A stretch of 64,000 bases of DNA from Octopus vulgaris (taxonomy: Eukaryota). Numbering within the stretch: position 1 is the first letter of the stretch; each line of letters opens with the position of its first letter. The notes below the pieces were generated by a model that was given only the letters and a program-made list of their open reading frames with translations, had not been told where the DNA came from and did no database searches. Where the stretch lies: contig OX597833.1 of the NCBI GenBank assembly GCA_951406725.2, forward strand, positions 32,984,001 through 33,048,000, in the 5' to 3' direction. The translations under genes and the position numbers were made by a program. Shown here piece by piece: positions 12,529 through 25,779 of this stretch.

Positions 12529-14242
12529 ACACAAAATAGTGAATTAGTTACCAATAATACATTTAGATCAATTAATTTAGGTGCTAAAAGGATATTGTCT
12601 GAATGTAATATTGATGACAAAACGGAACCTTTCACATCTATTAAACCCCGTATTAAACTAAAAGACCATAAGGACAATTTCCTAACTAACTCTAAAGTTA
12701 GATGAATATGTCCAGGAAAGTCGAACTTAGCTAGATTAAGCATGATTATTTTAGGTAAATATATTCCTACACTAGATAACACTAGAACTATGGTCCAACA
12801 CACAATATGCAATTAACTGGTTATCAAAAAGTCAAAATAAAGACAAACATAAATTTCTACAGGTAGACACAGATAACTACAATTCTTCAATCAATCCTCC
12901 TCTATATCAAATAGTGCACTTGTTTTCGCTAGAAAACATGTTAATTTTACTATGAAAGAAATCAACGCAATACTAATAACCCGTTGATCTAACAATACTA
13001 ACAACACGTTAGCTTCGACAATAAATTGTGGACTAGAAAATATACACCCAATTGTTTTGATATACCTACAAGTGACAGACCTTGTAGGTATTTATCATCT
13101 ATCAAACACATGTGAAGAATTCTCTGAGATTAGGGATGATTATACAGGGGCGATACTCTCTTCATAATTAGAAATGCTTCTAATAGACGATTAGAAATTA
13201 TTAAACGTTCATACAAATTCTTTAAAAGATATAGTTTTTCTATTACTATCGAGAAGGTTAAATTTTCTGGATGTTAACTCCAATTCAGCAACTAGTTGAG
13301 ATGAACCTTTTAGAAAACCCGACTCCAAATTAAGATGCATAAATTTTCGATAAAATTATCGATAAATCGAAAGTCTATAACAAAGATATGCCTATCTTTT
13401 AATGAAGATTTATTTAATAAACATGCGCACCACTATAATATAGCCTTATTTAACGATAGATTGAAAAAAAAAAAGAATATTGTAAGCATAATAATATTAA
13501 TGTTAACATAACTAAATACCAACAGAAAAACTGGAAAAACTTATAATCCGATAAATAATAAACAGAAAACTAAAAACCAGAACATATAAAAACACGAAAT
13601 AGATGTTGATAATAAACACAAGATTACTGAAAGCAAAATTAATATCATTAAATACCAAATTAAATACCACTACATTAAATAATAAACCTAAAATAAAAAA
13701 TGATAATTTAATTTATAATAAATATTATAATGTTAATCATACATCTAATAATAATTATGTGTACACTAACTCAAATAAATATATTAAATCTGAAATAGAT
13801 TATGATACTCCTATACTGAATAATGATACTGATAAATCCAATAAAATTTGGCTAACTTTCCATATGCCAACCAAATCAAAAGCAGCATAATTAATTCAAT
13901 TTTCAAGATTATCCATAAACATTTTAATACCAACAATAGATATAATGAAATAATTAACAATAAAACCACTAATATTGGATTTAGCCTATCCCATTACTTA
14001 TTTACTATTATAGCTTCCGTAAATAATAAGAAATTAGATAAATTCTATTTAAATAGAAATACTCATAGTAATAACCAAATTAACCCCACCCTTTGGACTT
14101 AATGTACCCCCACACTGACTCTAATAACCTTATTAATTGTACTGATATGTCTCCTAACAATAAAATTTTTTTTTAAATACAAAGAATAACATATCTCCTC
14201 ATCTAATACACAAACATATAATAACATTTATAGTAATTGTGA

Positions 14243-14695
14243 TTGAAGGGTAAAAAATACTTCTTTAAGAATTTTTGTGAAAGTAAAAATGTAATATACC
14301 AATGTGCAGTTATAACTCAAGTAAAAGAACATATTTATATAGGTTTTACGGAAAATGCTATTAAAAAACGTGCCACTATCTACTTGCATACTTTTAGATA
14401 TAGATATAAATCTAATTCTACCGGATTAAGTAAATTTATCTGGCAGTTAAAAGATGATGATATTAATTTCAATCTTAAATGGGATATAATTAATTCTGTA
14501 CCATCTTATGAATTCAATAATAAAAATTATTCTCTTTCTAAAACTGAGGCATTTTTTATTCTAAAATTTAAAATACCCTACTTAACCTTAGAGATGAAAA
14601 GAGTATTTTCTGTGATCACGTGGGAAAATATGTATTTTCCAAATTTAAATAACGAATATATTATCTCTCTTGCTACTATAATTGTACACACCTAA
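14243..14695 (+). pseudogene. GIY-YIG endonuclease domain of Penelope-like element
   Basis: NVIYQC-x8-YIGFTE-x4-KR motif and the downstream W/E pattern of PLE endonucleases. Confidence 0.8.
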
Positions 14696-14904
14696 AGGAT
14701 TATATAATTACTTATGACCACCTCTTAAAAAGGTAACACTTAAAATATTCTATATTTTAGATTTAGATAACAATAGTTTTATTTACCCCTCTTTCAAAAA
14801 ATAATCTGATCTTTGCAACGATATAAATATTTTTATATTATATATTAACGTAGTGATATTATATATTAACGTAGTAATATCAGCATCTCTCAAATTTTAA
14901 CCTA

Positions 14905-15122
14905 CCATTCTGCGATCTGGTAGAAACGTTAACACGACGGACGAAGTGCTTCGCGGTATTTCGTCTGTCTTTACGTTCTGAGTTCAAATTCCGTCGAAGT
15001 TGACTTAGGCTTTTATCTTTTCGGGGTTGATACATTAAGTACCTGTTGCGTACTAGGGTCGATCTAATTGACTGGCTACCTCCTTTAAAATTTCGACTCT
15101 TGTGCCTAGAGTAGAAAAGAAT
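14905..15122 (+). mobile_element. tRNA-derived SINE (family B)
   Basis: ...ttacgttctgagttcaaattccg...gtgcctagagtagaaaag; related copies at 33817-34032 (-), 63457-63665 (+) and 11165-11370 (degraded). Confidence 0.75.
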
Positions 15123-16117
15123 ATAATTCACTATACCACATTGACCTCTACCCAACCAATAAATATTTACCATATAGCCAGATTCATATTTACCATATAG
15201 CCAGATTCTTTTATACAAAAGTCCTAACACTATAATAATTAATCTCTACATTTACTTTTATACACATATTGATTATTTTTCTATTAATAATATTTTTCAA
15301 TCATTGCTAACTTTTTTATCCCAATTATCCAATACTCCCGAACAGAATTGATATACTTGATAATATCTATGTCTAATTTTTATATCTGATATATTCCACA
15401 TAACCTTTTCATTAACAAATGTGATAAATCATCAACTATATATTAACACAAGATACGCACTCATACCATTATATTAATATGCCTTCTGCATATATTTGAT
15501 TCTATACTATATATATATTTTTTTAATTTCTTAATAAGATTTTTTAAAATATTACTATAATATTACTGCACTATACCCATAAATCTTTATATATATACAC
15601 ACACTCACACACACTCACACACACATATATATATATATGTATATATATATATATTTATGTTCTTAGTTATACAAATGCCCCTATCTTCTTATATATATAT
15701 ATAGTGTGCATGTGTGAATTTATATATTTGTGTATATGTATTTATTGGCATAAACTAAATTATGTGTGCTTTTAGTATATAAAGACCCTATGTAAATGTA
15801 AATGTGGGTACATAAATTTGTCTGTATGAGTAGAAACTAACATGTGTAAGTTTTTGGTTATATATATGTATATTTTATGCTTGTGTGCATAAGTATATAT
15901 ATATTATATATATGTATATATATATATTATACATATAAATACATGTATATATATATATATATATATATGTTAATAAAATATATGCATATATATAAACATA
16001 TATGTACGTACCTACCTCTACATGTACATATACACGCATATATGTGTACAGGACACCAAAAAGACGTCGAACACATAGAGAGACGAAAAACATTGACACA
16101 AACCAAGGAACAAGACA

Positions 16118-16172
<55 letters not shown>

Positions 16173-16825
16173 ACGTATGTGCGTAAATAATTATATTATT
16201 TACTCGATTTCGTGAATAATTTCTGGATTGGTTAAATATTACTTTATCTTTTCTTTTCCATGATAATCTAAGATTTTAGATAAGTTAAATTTTACTGAAT
16301 CTCATTTTAAGTGTAGTCAGAAATATTAAACACATGATGTCTGAATAATTTTTTGATTGGTTAAATATCACTTTATCTAGTACTATTATTATTATTATTC
16401 ATGATAATCTAAAATTCTAGATGAATTATAAATTTTTTTCAATTATTCGTATCCAACACGTGAGTAAGTAAATCTTTAGTGACATAAGAAAATTTTCAAT
16501 CTCATAAACAAAGTATCTTTATTTTCTGTTAGACCTATTTAATGAAATAACATAGAAACGCTTGCTATTTTAAAATATTTTGCCAATCAAAGCGTTTTGT
16601 CTCTACTTGATCGATACTAAATTTTTGATTGGGTAAAAAATTAGGTTTTGCAAATGTACGTACGTATATTTTGTTTTTGTACATGTAATTCTCGATTATA
16701 TATGTATGAATATGTATAATCTGAAAAAAAGTCGAAGAAAAAAGCACAACAAGAAAACAAACAACAACTCAAGGACGTGGCACATGCAAAGTATTAAAAG
16801 ATGCTCAGGGAAGGAAAGAAAGATT

Positions 16826-16860
16826 GCTTTATGTTTCGAGCAAAGCCCCTCTTCAGTAAC
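16826..16860 (-). ncRNA. Minimal hammerhead motif, degenerate
   Basis: Minus strand CTGAAGA g gggc-ttt-gctc GAAAC ATA; the stem III G appears mutated to A (CpG decay inferred). Confidence 0.45.
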
Positions 16861-18325
16861 AGGAGGTAGAGGAATATATACATGTACATATAGCATGTAT
16901 GTGTATAAGTATATAGAAAAGCGTGTGTTACATATAATGTTTTCTAATTATGTAACAATGCCTATCTATATGTGCAGATACATGAATGCGTATGTGCGTA
17001 TATGCATATATGCACATATAACATTTTTTCATGAGTGCGTACATTATACATGCATATTTGTACCCACTGTTTGTGCACGTGTATTGTATGCGTGTATAGG
17101 TGTATGTATTTTGACATCTTTGCTTATATTATTACTTATATGTATATATTATTACTTAAAAGTGTATATCTTGAATGTATACGGTTGCATACGAGTGTAT
17201 ATACGTATGTATATATGTGCACTGTATATATGATAAGGTGGATGTCCTTTCTGACTATGACTATTTTATACCTTATTTTTCATATTAATTCCATCAATTT
17301 CTAAATCAAATTATATAAGTATTCACTGATTTATTCTCTCATCCATATGATACTATTATTTACTGTAACTATCTAACCGTTATTTTCTAATTATTACCCT
17401 TATACAACCCGTTACTCCCTGGCCAAGGTTTATACCAAGATTAGTAATTAAATTATATTCAGTTTGTTGAGATGTTTTGGAAGAATAGCATCTAATAATC
17501 TAACGGTATGTCTTTTTACTTCGCTGCTGTGATTTTGCCCAATAAAATGTGTTAATTACTGGGATTTAATTCTTTGGGAAAATTCGAAACAGCTGTAATA
17601 TAACATGTTGAATTTTTCCAGTTAATGAATTATATTAAAGCTACTTCTCCATTTTCTGAATTTTAATTTATAAACCAAGATTTATACTTAAACCTATTAT
17701 TTTAGGAATATTAATATTCACAAAAAAAATACAAGGAAACAAGCCAGTAATTCATTGGATATTTTTATCCCTTAATGAGACTATTTTAACCTCTGTTTAA
17801 ATGTATATATGTGTGTGTTTGCGCGTGTGTGTGTACGTATGTATAACTTTTGTTTTGTGATAATTTCTAGTATTTGGTTTTAATATTGTGATTAGAAATT
17901 TAGATTAACCAACGGAGTGATATAGTTCATCCAATAACGTTGATTCTCACTGCGTTAGTAAAACTTCAAAACGATCAGGATAACCTGTAGAATGTATTGA
18001 TGTCTGTAGCGACAGAGGATTAAATAAATTGAGCAGAAGTTAACCGTGACTAAATATAGATTTAAAATAATGCTAATGTTAAGTGATAGTAAAATAAAAA
18101 ATAAATATGATGATAAAAGTTAGTTATTTAATGTAGATCAACTGTGCCTTTGTTAATCTTGTAAAACCATATGAATATACATACACATATATGTATATGT
18201 AACACACGCACGTACATACATACATACATACATACATACATACATACATACATACATACATACATACATACATACACACACATATATATATATATACATA
18301 CACACACATACATATATATATACAT

Positions 18326-18367
<42 letters not shown>

Positions 18368-19149
18368 CCTTATACAAAAATTCTATAATTATGAGCATTA
18401 TTATAATTAAGGTTCAGCAAAATTTGCTTTGGGGACAAATTTGTACATCGTTTAGAAAGTGGCAGTGATCCTATGTAAGGCCATTTCTTACTTTAAAAAA
18501 CTTCAGGTACAGGCGCCGCTTGATATACTATGAATGGCTGCAGCCAAAAAAAGGGGGAAGCGCTCAAGGAAAATTTACAATAATTTACAGATTAATGGCA
18601 ATAAGGACACTGGAACAGGTAGTGAAAGGATTTGACTCGGTAGCTGTTCCTCTGCAGAGCAGCCTGGGCCTGGTCATCATCTTGTTATAGTGAGAAAATT
18701 TAAACTTTTGAATATTAGTTACTGTAAATATTAGTACCATATTAGATTTTAGATCCTTTACAACACGCATCGAAAGAAGATCAGTGCTGGTAGCAACTGA
18801 AGATTAAAAAGCTAGCATTTTATTTTATGCTAAGAAGTTTGTCTGCAAGATCACTTGGGCTAAGAACGTTGTCATGTAACTGGAAATCATGGTTCTGAAC
18901 AGTACAATATTAATGTCTTGTTACACCTGCAAACGTGTCAAGATGTGGGTTTGTAGGCAGTGAATAACATGCTCCAGCAGAAACATAAAAAGAAAACAGT
19001 CTAGATGCATCCAGGCACTGGTACATGATTGATTTTATTCTTATTTGTTGTCGTCATGTTCGTGAGGTATGTAATGTCCACGTGATGCGTGGAACAGATC
19101 ATTGTTTTGGTCATGCAAAGGTGAAGTTTGTTATAAAAAACAGAAAGTA

Positions 19150-20300
19150 AGAGTCAATGTTGTGACCATTCTAAAGACATTAAATGGGACTCGCCTGAAA
19201 GATAATATTCATTAGGAAAGATTTGAAAAGAATGGACAATACTCAGTTCAATGATTCGTAGGAAGAGTTCAAAGAGTTCAAAATGCTCGTAATAACGTTT
19301 GCAAAGATGTTCTACGTTTAGAGAAATTAAAGCATTAAGATCGGTTTGATGAAACTGATGAAAAGATTCAGACACTATAAAATGAAATGAATGTCGAGTC
19401 TACAAGAATCCTTGAAGGGGAACCAGAAATGCGTAATAATAAAAACATTGCACAAGGAGGTGAAATGTAAGGTACAGCATAGATTTAACATACAAGATGA
19501 TGAAGTAATAAAGATGTTCTGATTCAATTTACTCCAAAAATACGAAAGTACTGTATAACTTGTTTCTACAGTTTCATAGACCATCTTCCTCTCCTGTTAC
19601 TGCCCCGCGTACTCTGGGTAGCAAAGAATTACTCAGATATTCTAAAGACATGCATGTTAAGTGGAATACTTTAACAAACTTTTAAATAGGCCTTCTCGGG
19701 TTTGTTTGCATGATTCCCTGTATGTCCACAAAAGAATACATGGCAGAAGTTTTCTTTCCCTTTGAAGAAGTTTTAAAAACTGTAAAAAGGATAAATTATG
19801 GAAGGTCTCTCTGGTAAATAATGGAAGGTCTCTGTAGCATTGAAAACCTAGTTCAACGTCTAACTAAATTAATGCAAAAGGTTTAGATTGAAGCGATATT
19901 CTAAATGATTGAAAAAATGCGTTAATGGTGGTTCCCTATAAAAGAAAGGTAGGAGGACTGCCAGTGGGAATTACCGAATATCTATTCTCTCTGTTGGAGG
20001 CAAGGCACTGTGTAGTGTCATGCTGGACAAGCTTTCCAATAATATTTGTGATGAGGTCCTACGTCTCAGTAAGGTTTCAGAAATGGAAGTTGAACGAAGG
20101 ATATAATCTTTTCTGTTAGAGAATTCCAGAACAAATGGCCCATATCAACTTTTTGTCAAGCCAAATAAGGTTTTTGATAGTGTGAATTGAAATGCCTGAA
20201 GCATTCTGAGGAAGTTTGGGTGTCTTGATAATCTTCTCCTTGTTCTTAGACATTCCCATAATGAAAGCATGTGTCAACGTGGGTACTAAGCACGCTAATC
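19150..20300 (+). mobile_element. Degenerate RTE-like LINE
   Basis: Decayed RT-like stretches (...YKRKVG..., aaggtttttgatagtgtg, KAFDSV-like) with many stops. Confidence 0.5.
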
Positions 20301-20800
20301 CAGTTATAACACCCTTGCTCTTAGATGCAGTTCAAGTTGAGGTTTCAGGCTTCTAGCCAAACTTTAACACTAATTTACGTACTTGTTAAATTAATCTGAT
20401 CATACGTGATATTAATTGAATTATGTATGTATGTATGTATGTATGTATGTATGTATGTATGTATGTATGTACACAAATATGTGTGTAAATGGACACACAA
20501 AAGACACATTTGGTAAGCAGTTTAACTCAGCTCCATGGACTTTAATGTTTAGTGGTGATAAATTCAAGACGGCTTCCTCCGTCCATCGACTCAATTTATT
20601 ATCAGAAAGTGTCACAATTTTCTTTCCTTACTCTTAGGCCCACGTACTAGTACAAGATGTTGGTAAGTAGCTGTCGCCTTTATGACTGGCAGCTACAGTA
20701 TGGTGTGTTTAGCGACATCAGTTCATTTCATATTGAGAAGAAACAACAAACAACAAAACAAAAAGATTAACAAATGACCAAATTACATTAGAAATACTTC

Positions 20801-20806
20801 TTTATT
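20801..20806 (-). terminator. Polyadenylation signal AATAAA of the secreted-protein gene
   Basis: AATAAA about 40 nt after the TGA at 20850-20848, followed by GT/T-rich sequence (ttttttgttttgttgtttg on the minus strand). Confidence 0.7.
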
Positions 20807-20847
20807 CAATCAACATGATCACGTACGTGTTCCGCCTACTAAAATTC

Positions 20848-21009
20848 TCAATAAATAGGAATAGCTGTAGCGTGCAACTTCTGCAGACGCTCGTGGATGT
20901 CTTTGACAAGTGTGGTCCATGTTTGGCCGAGTTTCGAAGCCCAGGGTTTGAAAAATTCCAAAGCTTGTTGAGCTACTTTCGCACTCACCAAGTTGATGTG
21001 GTCAATGAA
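20848..21009 (-). CDS. Uncharacterised secreted helical protein, coding exon 7 (last)
   Basis: ttttataacag| phase 0; FIDHINLVSAKVAQQALEFFKPWASKLGQTWTTLVKDIHERLQKLHATAIPIY*. Confidence 0.85.
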   Translation of the reverse strand, partial: FIDHINLVSAKVAQQALEFFKPWASKLGQTWTTLVKDIHERLQKLHATAIPIY

Positions 21010-21416
21010 CTGTTATAAAATTTTAAAGAAAACAACGTATAGTAACTGTCAATTATATTTTGTTTATATTACATGAATTAAGAATCTCACAGATACTTGT
21101 AAAACTGCATTATGTATGTGTGTGTATGTGTTGGTGTGTGTGTATGTATTTGTGTGTGTGTGTGTGTGTATGTGCATTTTTTTGCAATTAAGTACCTATA
21201 TGCATTCAAACACATGCCAGTAAATATTGGTAGAAAACTAGATGGTCAAAATTTAAATTGATATACAAGCAGATAGTCATACAGACATATTTATAGGCAA
21301 ACACAAAACAAACACATATGTATGGAGGTGGAGTGCATGCGTGCATGGATGTAGAAGGAGATAAATAGATAGGCGGACAGACGGACAGACGGACAGACAG
21401 ACAGACAGATAGATAG

Positions 21417-21447
<31 letters not shown>

Positions 21448-21462
21448 GATAGATAGATAGAT

Positions 21463-21561
<99 letters not shown>

Positions 21562-21633
21562 GGGAGTGTGAGAGAGGGAGAGAAAGTGAATGATAATTGA
21601 AGGTGAAAATAGTGAAAGAAATATAAAACTTAC

Positions 21634-21825
21634 GGTCTTAGCCAAAGTCTTGATATTTTCTATGTGAGGTTTCAACTGTTCTTTTCCATGAGAAATAGCT
21701 TGGTGCAAGAAATCATGCAAATCATGGAACTTTCCGTGAAGGTGGCCGACAATACGTCGAAGTGTGTCATTGATTTTCTCGAAGATATCGATCAAGTCAC
21801 GTTTTTGGTGAGCGTCGTAGGTGAC
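21634..21825 (-). CDS. Uncharacterised secreted helical protein, coding exon 6 (KR site and His-rich helix)
   Basis: atttttgcag| ... |gtaagt, phase 0-0, 192 nt; [64 protein letters not shown]. Confidence 0.9.
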
Positions 21826-22004
21826 CTGCAAAAATCCACAGAATTTTTTACAATATTACGGCACAAGAAAATCATGATCTATGAAGGATGCTTTGATATG
21901 AAAATCTTAAATGGTAACACGAGGTTATCCAACCTAAGATGATGTTGTCGGCAGTAAGATCGCATGCATTTAGGTATTTAGTCATATTGGTATATGCACA
22001 ATGG

Positions 22005-22061
<57 letters not shown>

Positions 22062-22075
22062 ATGTCTGTGTCTAT

Positions 22076-22115
<40 letters not shown>

Positions 22116-23139
22116 TTATCTATCTATATCTATTTGAATGCATATATTTAAACACACACATATATATATCTATATATATCTATATATATATAATTATATA
22201 TGTATATATATACATACATATATATATATATATTCATATAATTATGCATATTCTTTTATTTGTTTCAGTCGTTGACTCTAGATATATACTAGAGCATCGC
22301 CTTTTATATACTTATATATTTTTGTGTACAAATGTATGCATGTATATTAATATATATATTATTTATAAAGATATATACATACATATATAAATATATCATA
22401 TATATATGTATGTGCCTATCTATCCATCTATCTATCTATAATATATATATATATATATACAAAACTCAACTTGTGTGTCTGTGTGTGTATCTGTGTGTGT
22501 CTGTGTGTTTAACTTCCTGGCACATCTCCTCCTAGCCAACAAATCGTAGAACCACCAAAAATGGGTCACTTAAAGTGAACTGCGCTATTTCTGTTCCGAA
22601 ATTCATCTCGCAAGTGCAAAAATCGATAATGTTTTTGTTTAGGCCTTATCCCATGCATTGAATAGTGAACTTTACTCAGTCACCTGTTTGACGTGAACTG
22701 TGTTCACCACGCGTGCAAGCATGCGTAAATTGCATGAAAAATAAAAAATCAAGATATAAAAATGAATCGCCGTAAACATTGTAGAAATTCGGTAAAGAAA
22801 TGAATTTTCGGGATGTAACCTGGAGGGTTTTTTCATATTAATCGTTTGGACTTTGTGAACACATACCAATTGTTTTCATAACATTTTTAACGCTTTGAAT
22901 TAAATGTGACCATTTTGCGTTGAGTCTGCAGTTCGAATCACTTTAACCAAATTTTAGCAGGCCAGATTTTTGATCATCACGATACATTGCCAGCGACTCC
23001 CTGAAACTCTCCCCTGAAATCCCCGATGAGAAATCTATATATATAAAACTCAACTTGTGTGTCTGTGTGTGTGTCTGTGTGTTTAACTTTTGGATCTACC
23101 AAGTTTCATTATTAAGGATGGAAAGTAGTGTGTAGCAAA

Positions 23140-23517
23140 TCTATATATATAAAGCTGAAGCTGTCTGTGTGTGGCAGGTTTGGTAGCCTTCAACTAACAC
23201 TATCTCCTTCGAGACCCTGCAGCGCAAGATGACCAAAATTGAGAATATGATAGAAGAAGGCTTGCTCTTCATTCTGTAGAAGATAAAATTCAAATCGGAT
23301 CATGTTAACACGAAACATTATTTACATAAAAAACGTGATTTTTTTCTATGAAAATCCCTATTTTTTACGATTTTTGACTGCTGTGTCACCATATTTCAAC
23401 TGGAAAAGTGTTCACTTGAAGAGAATAGCAAGTTGCATAATGCAAAATTTTTACTTTTCAAAAATTCTAATTCTAAAGGGTCGAAACAAACCCAAGCAAC
23501 ACCGGGTGATACTGCTA

Positions 23518-23518
<1 letters not shown>
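23140..23518 (+). mobile_element. Non-autonomous Helitron (intronic)
   Basis: A|TCTATATATATAAAG 5' end, subterminal ccc...ggg hairpin 23491-23506, CTAG|T 3' end; additional Helitron-like 5' ends at about 22434 and 23034. Confidence 0.75.
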
Positions 23519-23560
<42 letters not shown>

Positions 23561-23734
23561 GATGAATATGGTACTTAAGTTGAGGCACCAGAATTTAGTA
23601 CGGTATTATCCATACAATTTCAAAATAAGTTGATTAAAATCAAAATAAGCAACAAGAATCCCCAGAGGTAATGCAGTACGATTGTGTATATATATATATA
23701 TTTATATGTAAAAATTTTTTCACACTTATATTAA

Positions 23735-23860
23735 ATTAAATTTTCTGAAGAGGCCGTGGGACATCCTTGTTAATGTCTCATTTATACCTGCCTTATATGG
23801 CTTATAGGTTAAATGAGGCATACTTGTCCTCACAGCCGAAACAGCTGTCAGATATGATGT
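23735..23860 (+). ncRNA. Hammerhead ribozyme motif with intact core and long stem II
   Basis: CTGAAGA 23745-23751; stem II ggc/gcc, gtg/cac, ggaca/tgtcc, ctcattta/taaatgag; GAAA 23838-23841; palindromic acagctgt; GTC site ending 23849. Stem I is weak. Confidence 0.75.
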
Positions 23861-24049
23861 AATTGTATTTTATATTTCTATTTCCTTGTCTATTTATATT
23901 TACATTATATTTACAATATATTTTGTATAATGTATTTGCTGTTATGTAATGGTGTAATAAAGTATTGATTGGGTATTATCTGATGGTTGATGTTTGATTG
24001 ATTTAAGTATGTTTCTCCATTTTCTAATTTTGAATATATATATATATAT

Positions 24050-24180
24050 ATACAATGTGCTTCTTTCAGTTTCTGTCTACCAAATCCACTCACAAGGCTT
24101 AGATCGGCCTCGTGACTATAGTAGAAGACAGTTGGGAACCATGAGGCTGTGAAACCAGCTTCTTACCACATAGTCACTCT
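24050..24180 (-). mobile_element. tRNA-derived SINE (family A), intronic
   Basis: Reverse complement of the 452-610 sequence. Confidence 0.7.
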
Positions 24181-24364
24181 TTTTATTTTAAGTTTACAAA
24201 TTTCGAAACAGTGAGACAAAAGAAAATGAAAATGTATGTGAAAGGAAGAGAATAAGAAATAGGGAGATTATTAGGCAGACTTTTGGAACATGATGCAGAA
24301 TGAAGGACGGTGAGAAAGGGGTGGGGTGCTACCAACAGGTATAAAAACTAAATATCATACGAAC

Positions 24365-24432
24365 GGCTTTCATGATCTTTTCGAAGAGATTGTCAAACAT
24401 CTTTTCAATACCTTCTTCAAAGAGACTGCTTT
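24365..24432 (-). CDS. Uncharacterised secreted helical protein, coding exon 5
   Basis: acattaacag| phase 1; (K)SSLFEEGIEKMFDNLFEKIMKA. The frame-preserving donor is |gttcgt; an alternative |gtatga donor lies 4 nt downstream. Confidence 0.75.
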
Positions 24433-24588
24433 CTGTTAATGTAGATACAAATATAAATCTTTACAATGCGTTGAAGACTTTGCAACAAAAGTGGATAATA
24501 TTAATTTGATTTCTGCTGAAAGAATGAGTAGCAGTCATAACCTAGATTAACTTATACTCTGTCTGTATGTTCCCCTCTCTCTCTCCCT

Positions 24589-24641
<53 letters not shown>

Positions 24642-25229
24642 CAGAATCTCCTAGTTTTATGTATGTATACATGTCATTATTCAGTTATCTTTTCACTCGA
24701 AAAAGCCTAAGAGATTACGAACGGGTTTTTTTACGAAATATTTACCGTATTTCTAAAGTTATTTTCACTTTTAAATATTTGTTAAATATAACAAAAAATA
24801 TTTTTGTAATGGTATTCAATTGAAAATAAATTTTAAAAAAATTTAAGATATTGTCTGTTTAAAGAAAGCTAAAATATAAATATTTACTTTTTGAAATCAC
24901 ATTCACTTGAAAATATTTCTAAAGAATCATTTACTGTAAAAAAAAACAAATCGTATTTTTTCGTTTTCAGGTTACTGTGCCTTATCGGAAGGTTAGATTT
25001 TTTCCCTTTCATGATTTTTTCCCATTATGCACCGTTTTGGGCATTTATGTCCCCCAAACCCCGAATATCTAAATAACTACAGGTCCGATTTACGCGAAAC
25101 TTGTTTTATTCCGTTCGCATTAACATTTTAGGGTAAACATAATTCATAGTATTTTCCCATTATGCGCCAGTTTGGCTGTGTAACATTGTAAGCATGCAAG
25201 AAAGCAAGATTGTACTTCATTTTTATTAG

Positions 25230-25261
<32 letters not shown>

Positions 25262-25652
25262 CATATGTATATGTGTATATGTATTAATAAATACGCAGTC
25301 ACACATGATTTAATTTTCTTATTCTACGTTCATCCATAATACAAAAGGCACATTTGCTGTAAGAGTTGGAACCTGTACATCAGTATACTTAATTTTATTA
25401 CTTGTTTTAGAGGGTTTGTCTAACATGCTGAAGGTGATGCTCGTCCCTAACACCAACAATCTAATCATACATATTTAAATGATAAATTTGTATATATATG
25501 CATGTATGCATGCATATACGTGTGTGTGTGTGAGTATGTGTGAGTGCATGTGTGCACGCGAGCGCTTATAGTTTTATTTCTTTTCCAATTCATTTGATAA
25601 TGGCTAAAGAACACCCAATAAGACAAATGTAATAATGCATTAATGTTCTTAC

Positions 25653-25779
25653 TTTCCAAGGCTTCAATATCTTTCATGAGTTCATGGAAAAATGCCTCTG
25701 TTGTTTCAGAATCCATGTGAAGTCCATCAGCCATCATTTCGGCAGCATCACGGAGTTTCTCGATGATCCTTTGAGCCAC
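25653..25779 (-). CDS. Uncharacterised secreted helical protein, coding exon 4
   Basis: catgttatcag| phase 0 ... A|gtaaga phase 1; VAQRIIEKLRDAAEMMADGLHMDSETTEAFFHELMKDIEALE. Confidence 0.9.

Larger units (their letters stand above)
11765..17670 (+). mobile_element. Degenerate Penelope-like element with pseudo-LTRs (inverted copy 11765-12175, direct copies 12265-12492 and 17215-17670); SINE and microsatellite insertions inside
   Basis: Three homologous repeat copies, each with GAAACAGCTGT; GIY-YIG ORF 14243-14695 (VIYQC...YIGFTE...R...STGLSKFIWQLK); decayed RT region (NFLDV at about 13261). Confidence 0.8.

Noticed and set aside
16214-16425. About 130-bp tandem duplication containing GATTGG (CCAAT box)
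   Set aside because: No associated gene; a local duplication. Short duplications at 15165-15207 and 61110-61158 are likewise uninformative.
21277-21633. C-terminal extension of ORF 21277-21831 (SIYL repeats)
   Set aside because: Intronic read-through past the gtaagt donor into (TATC)n.
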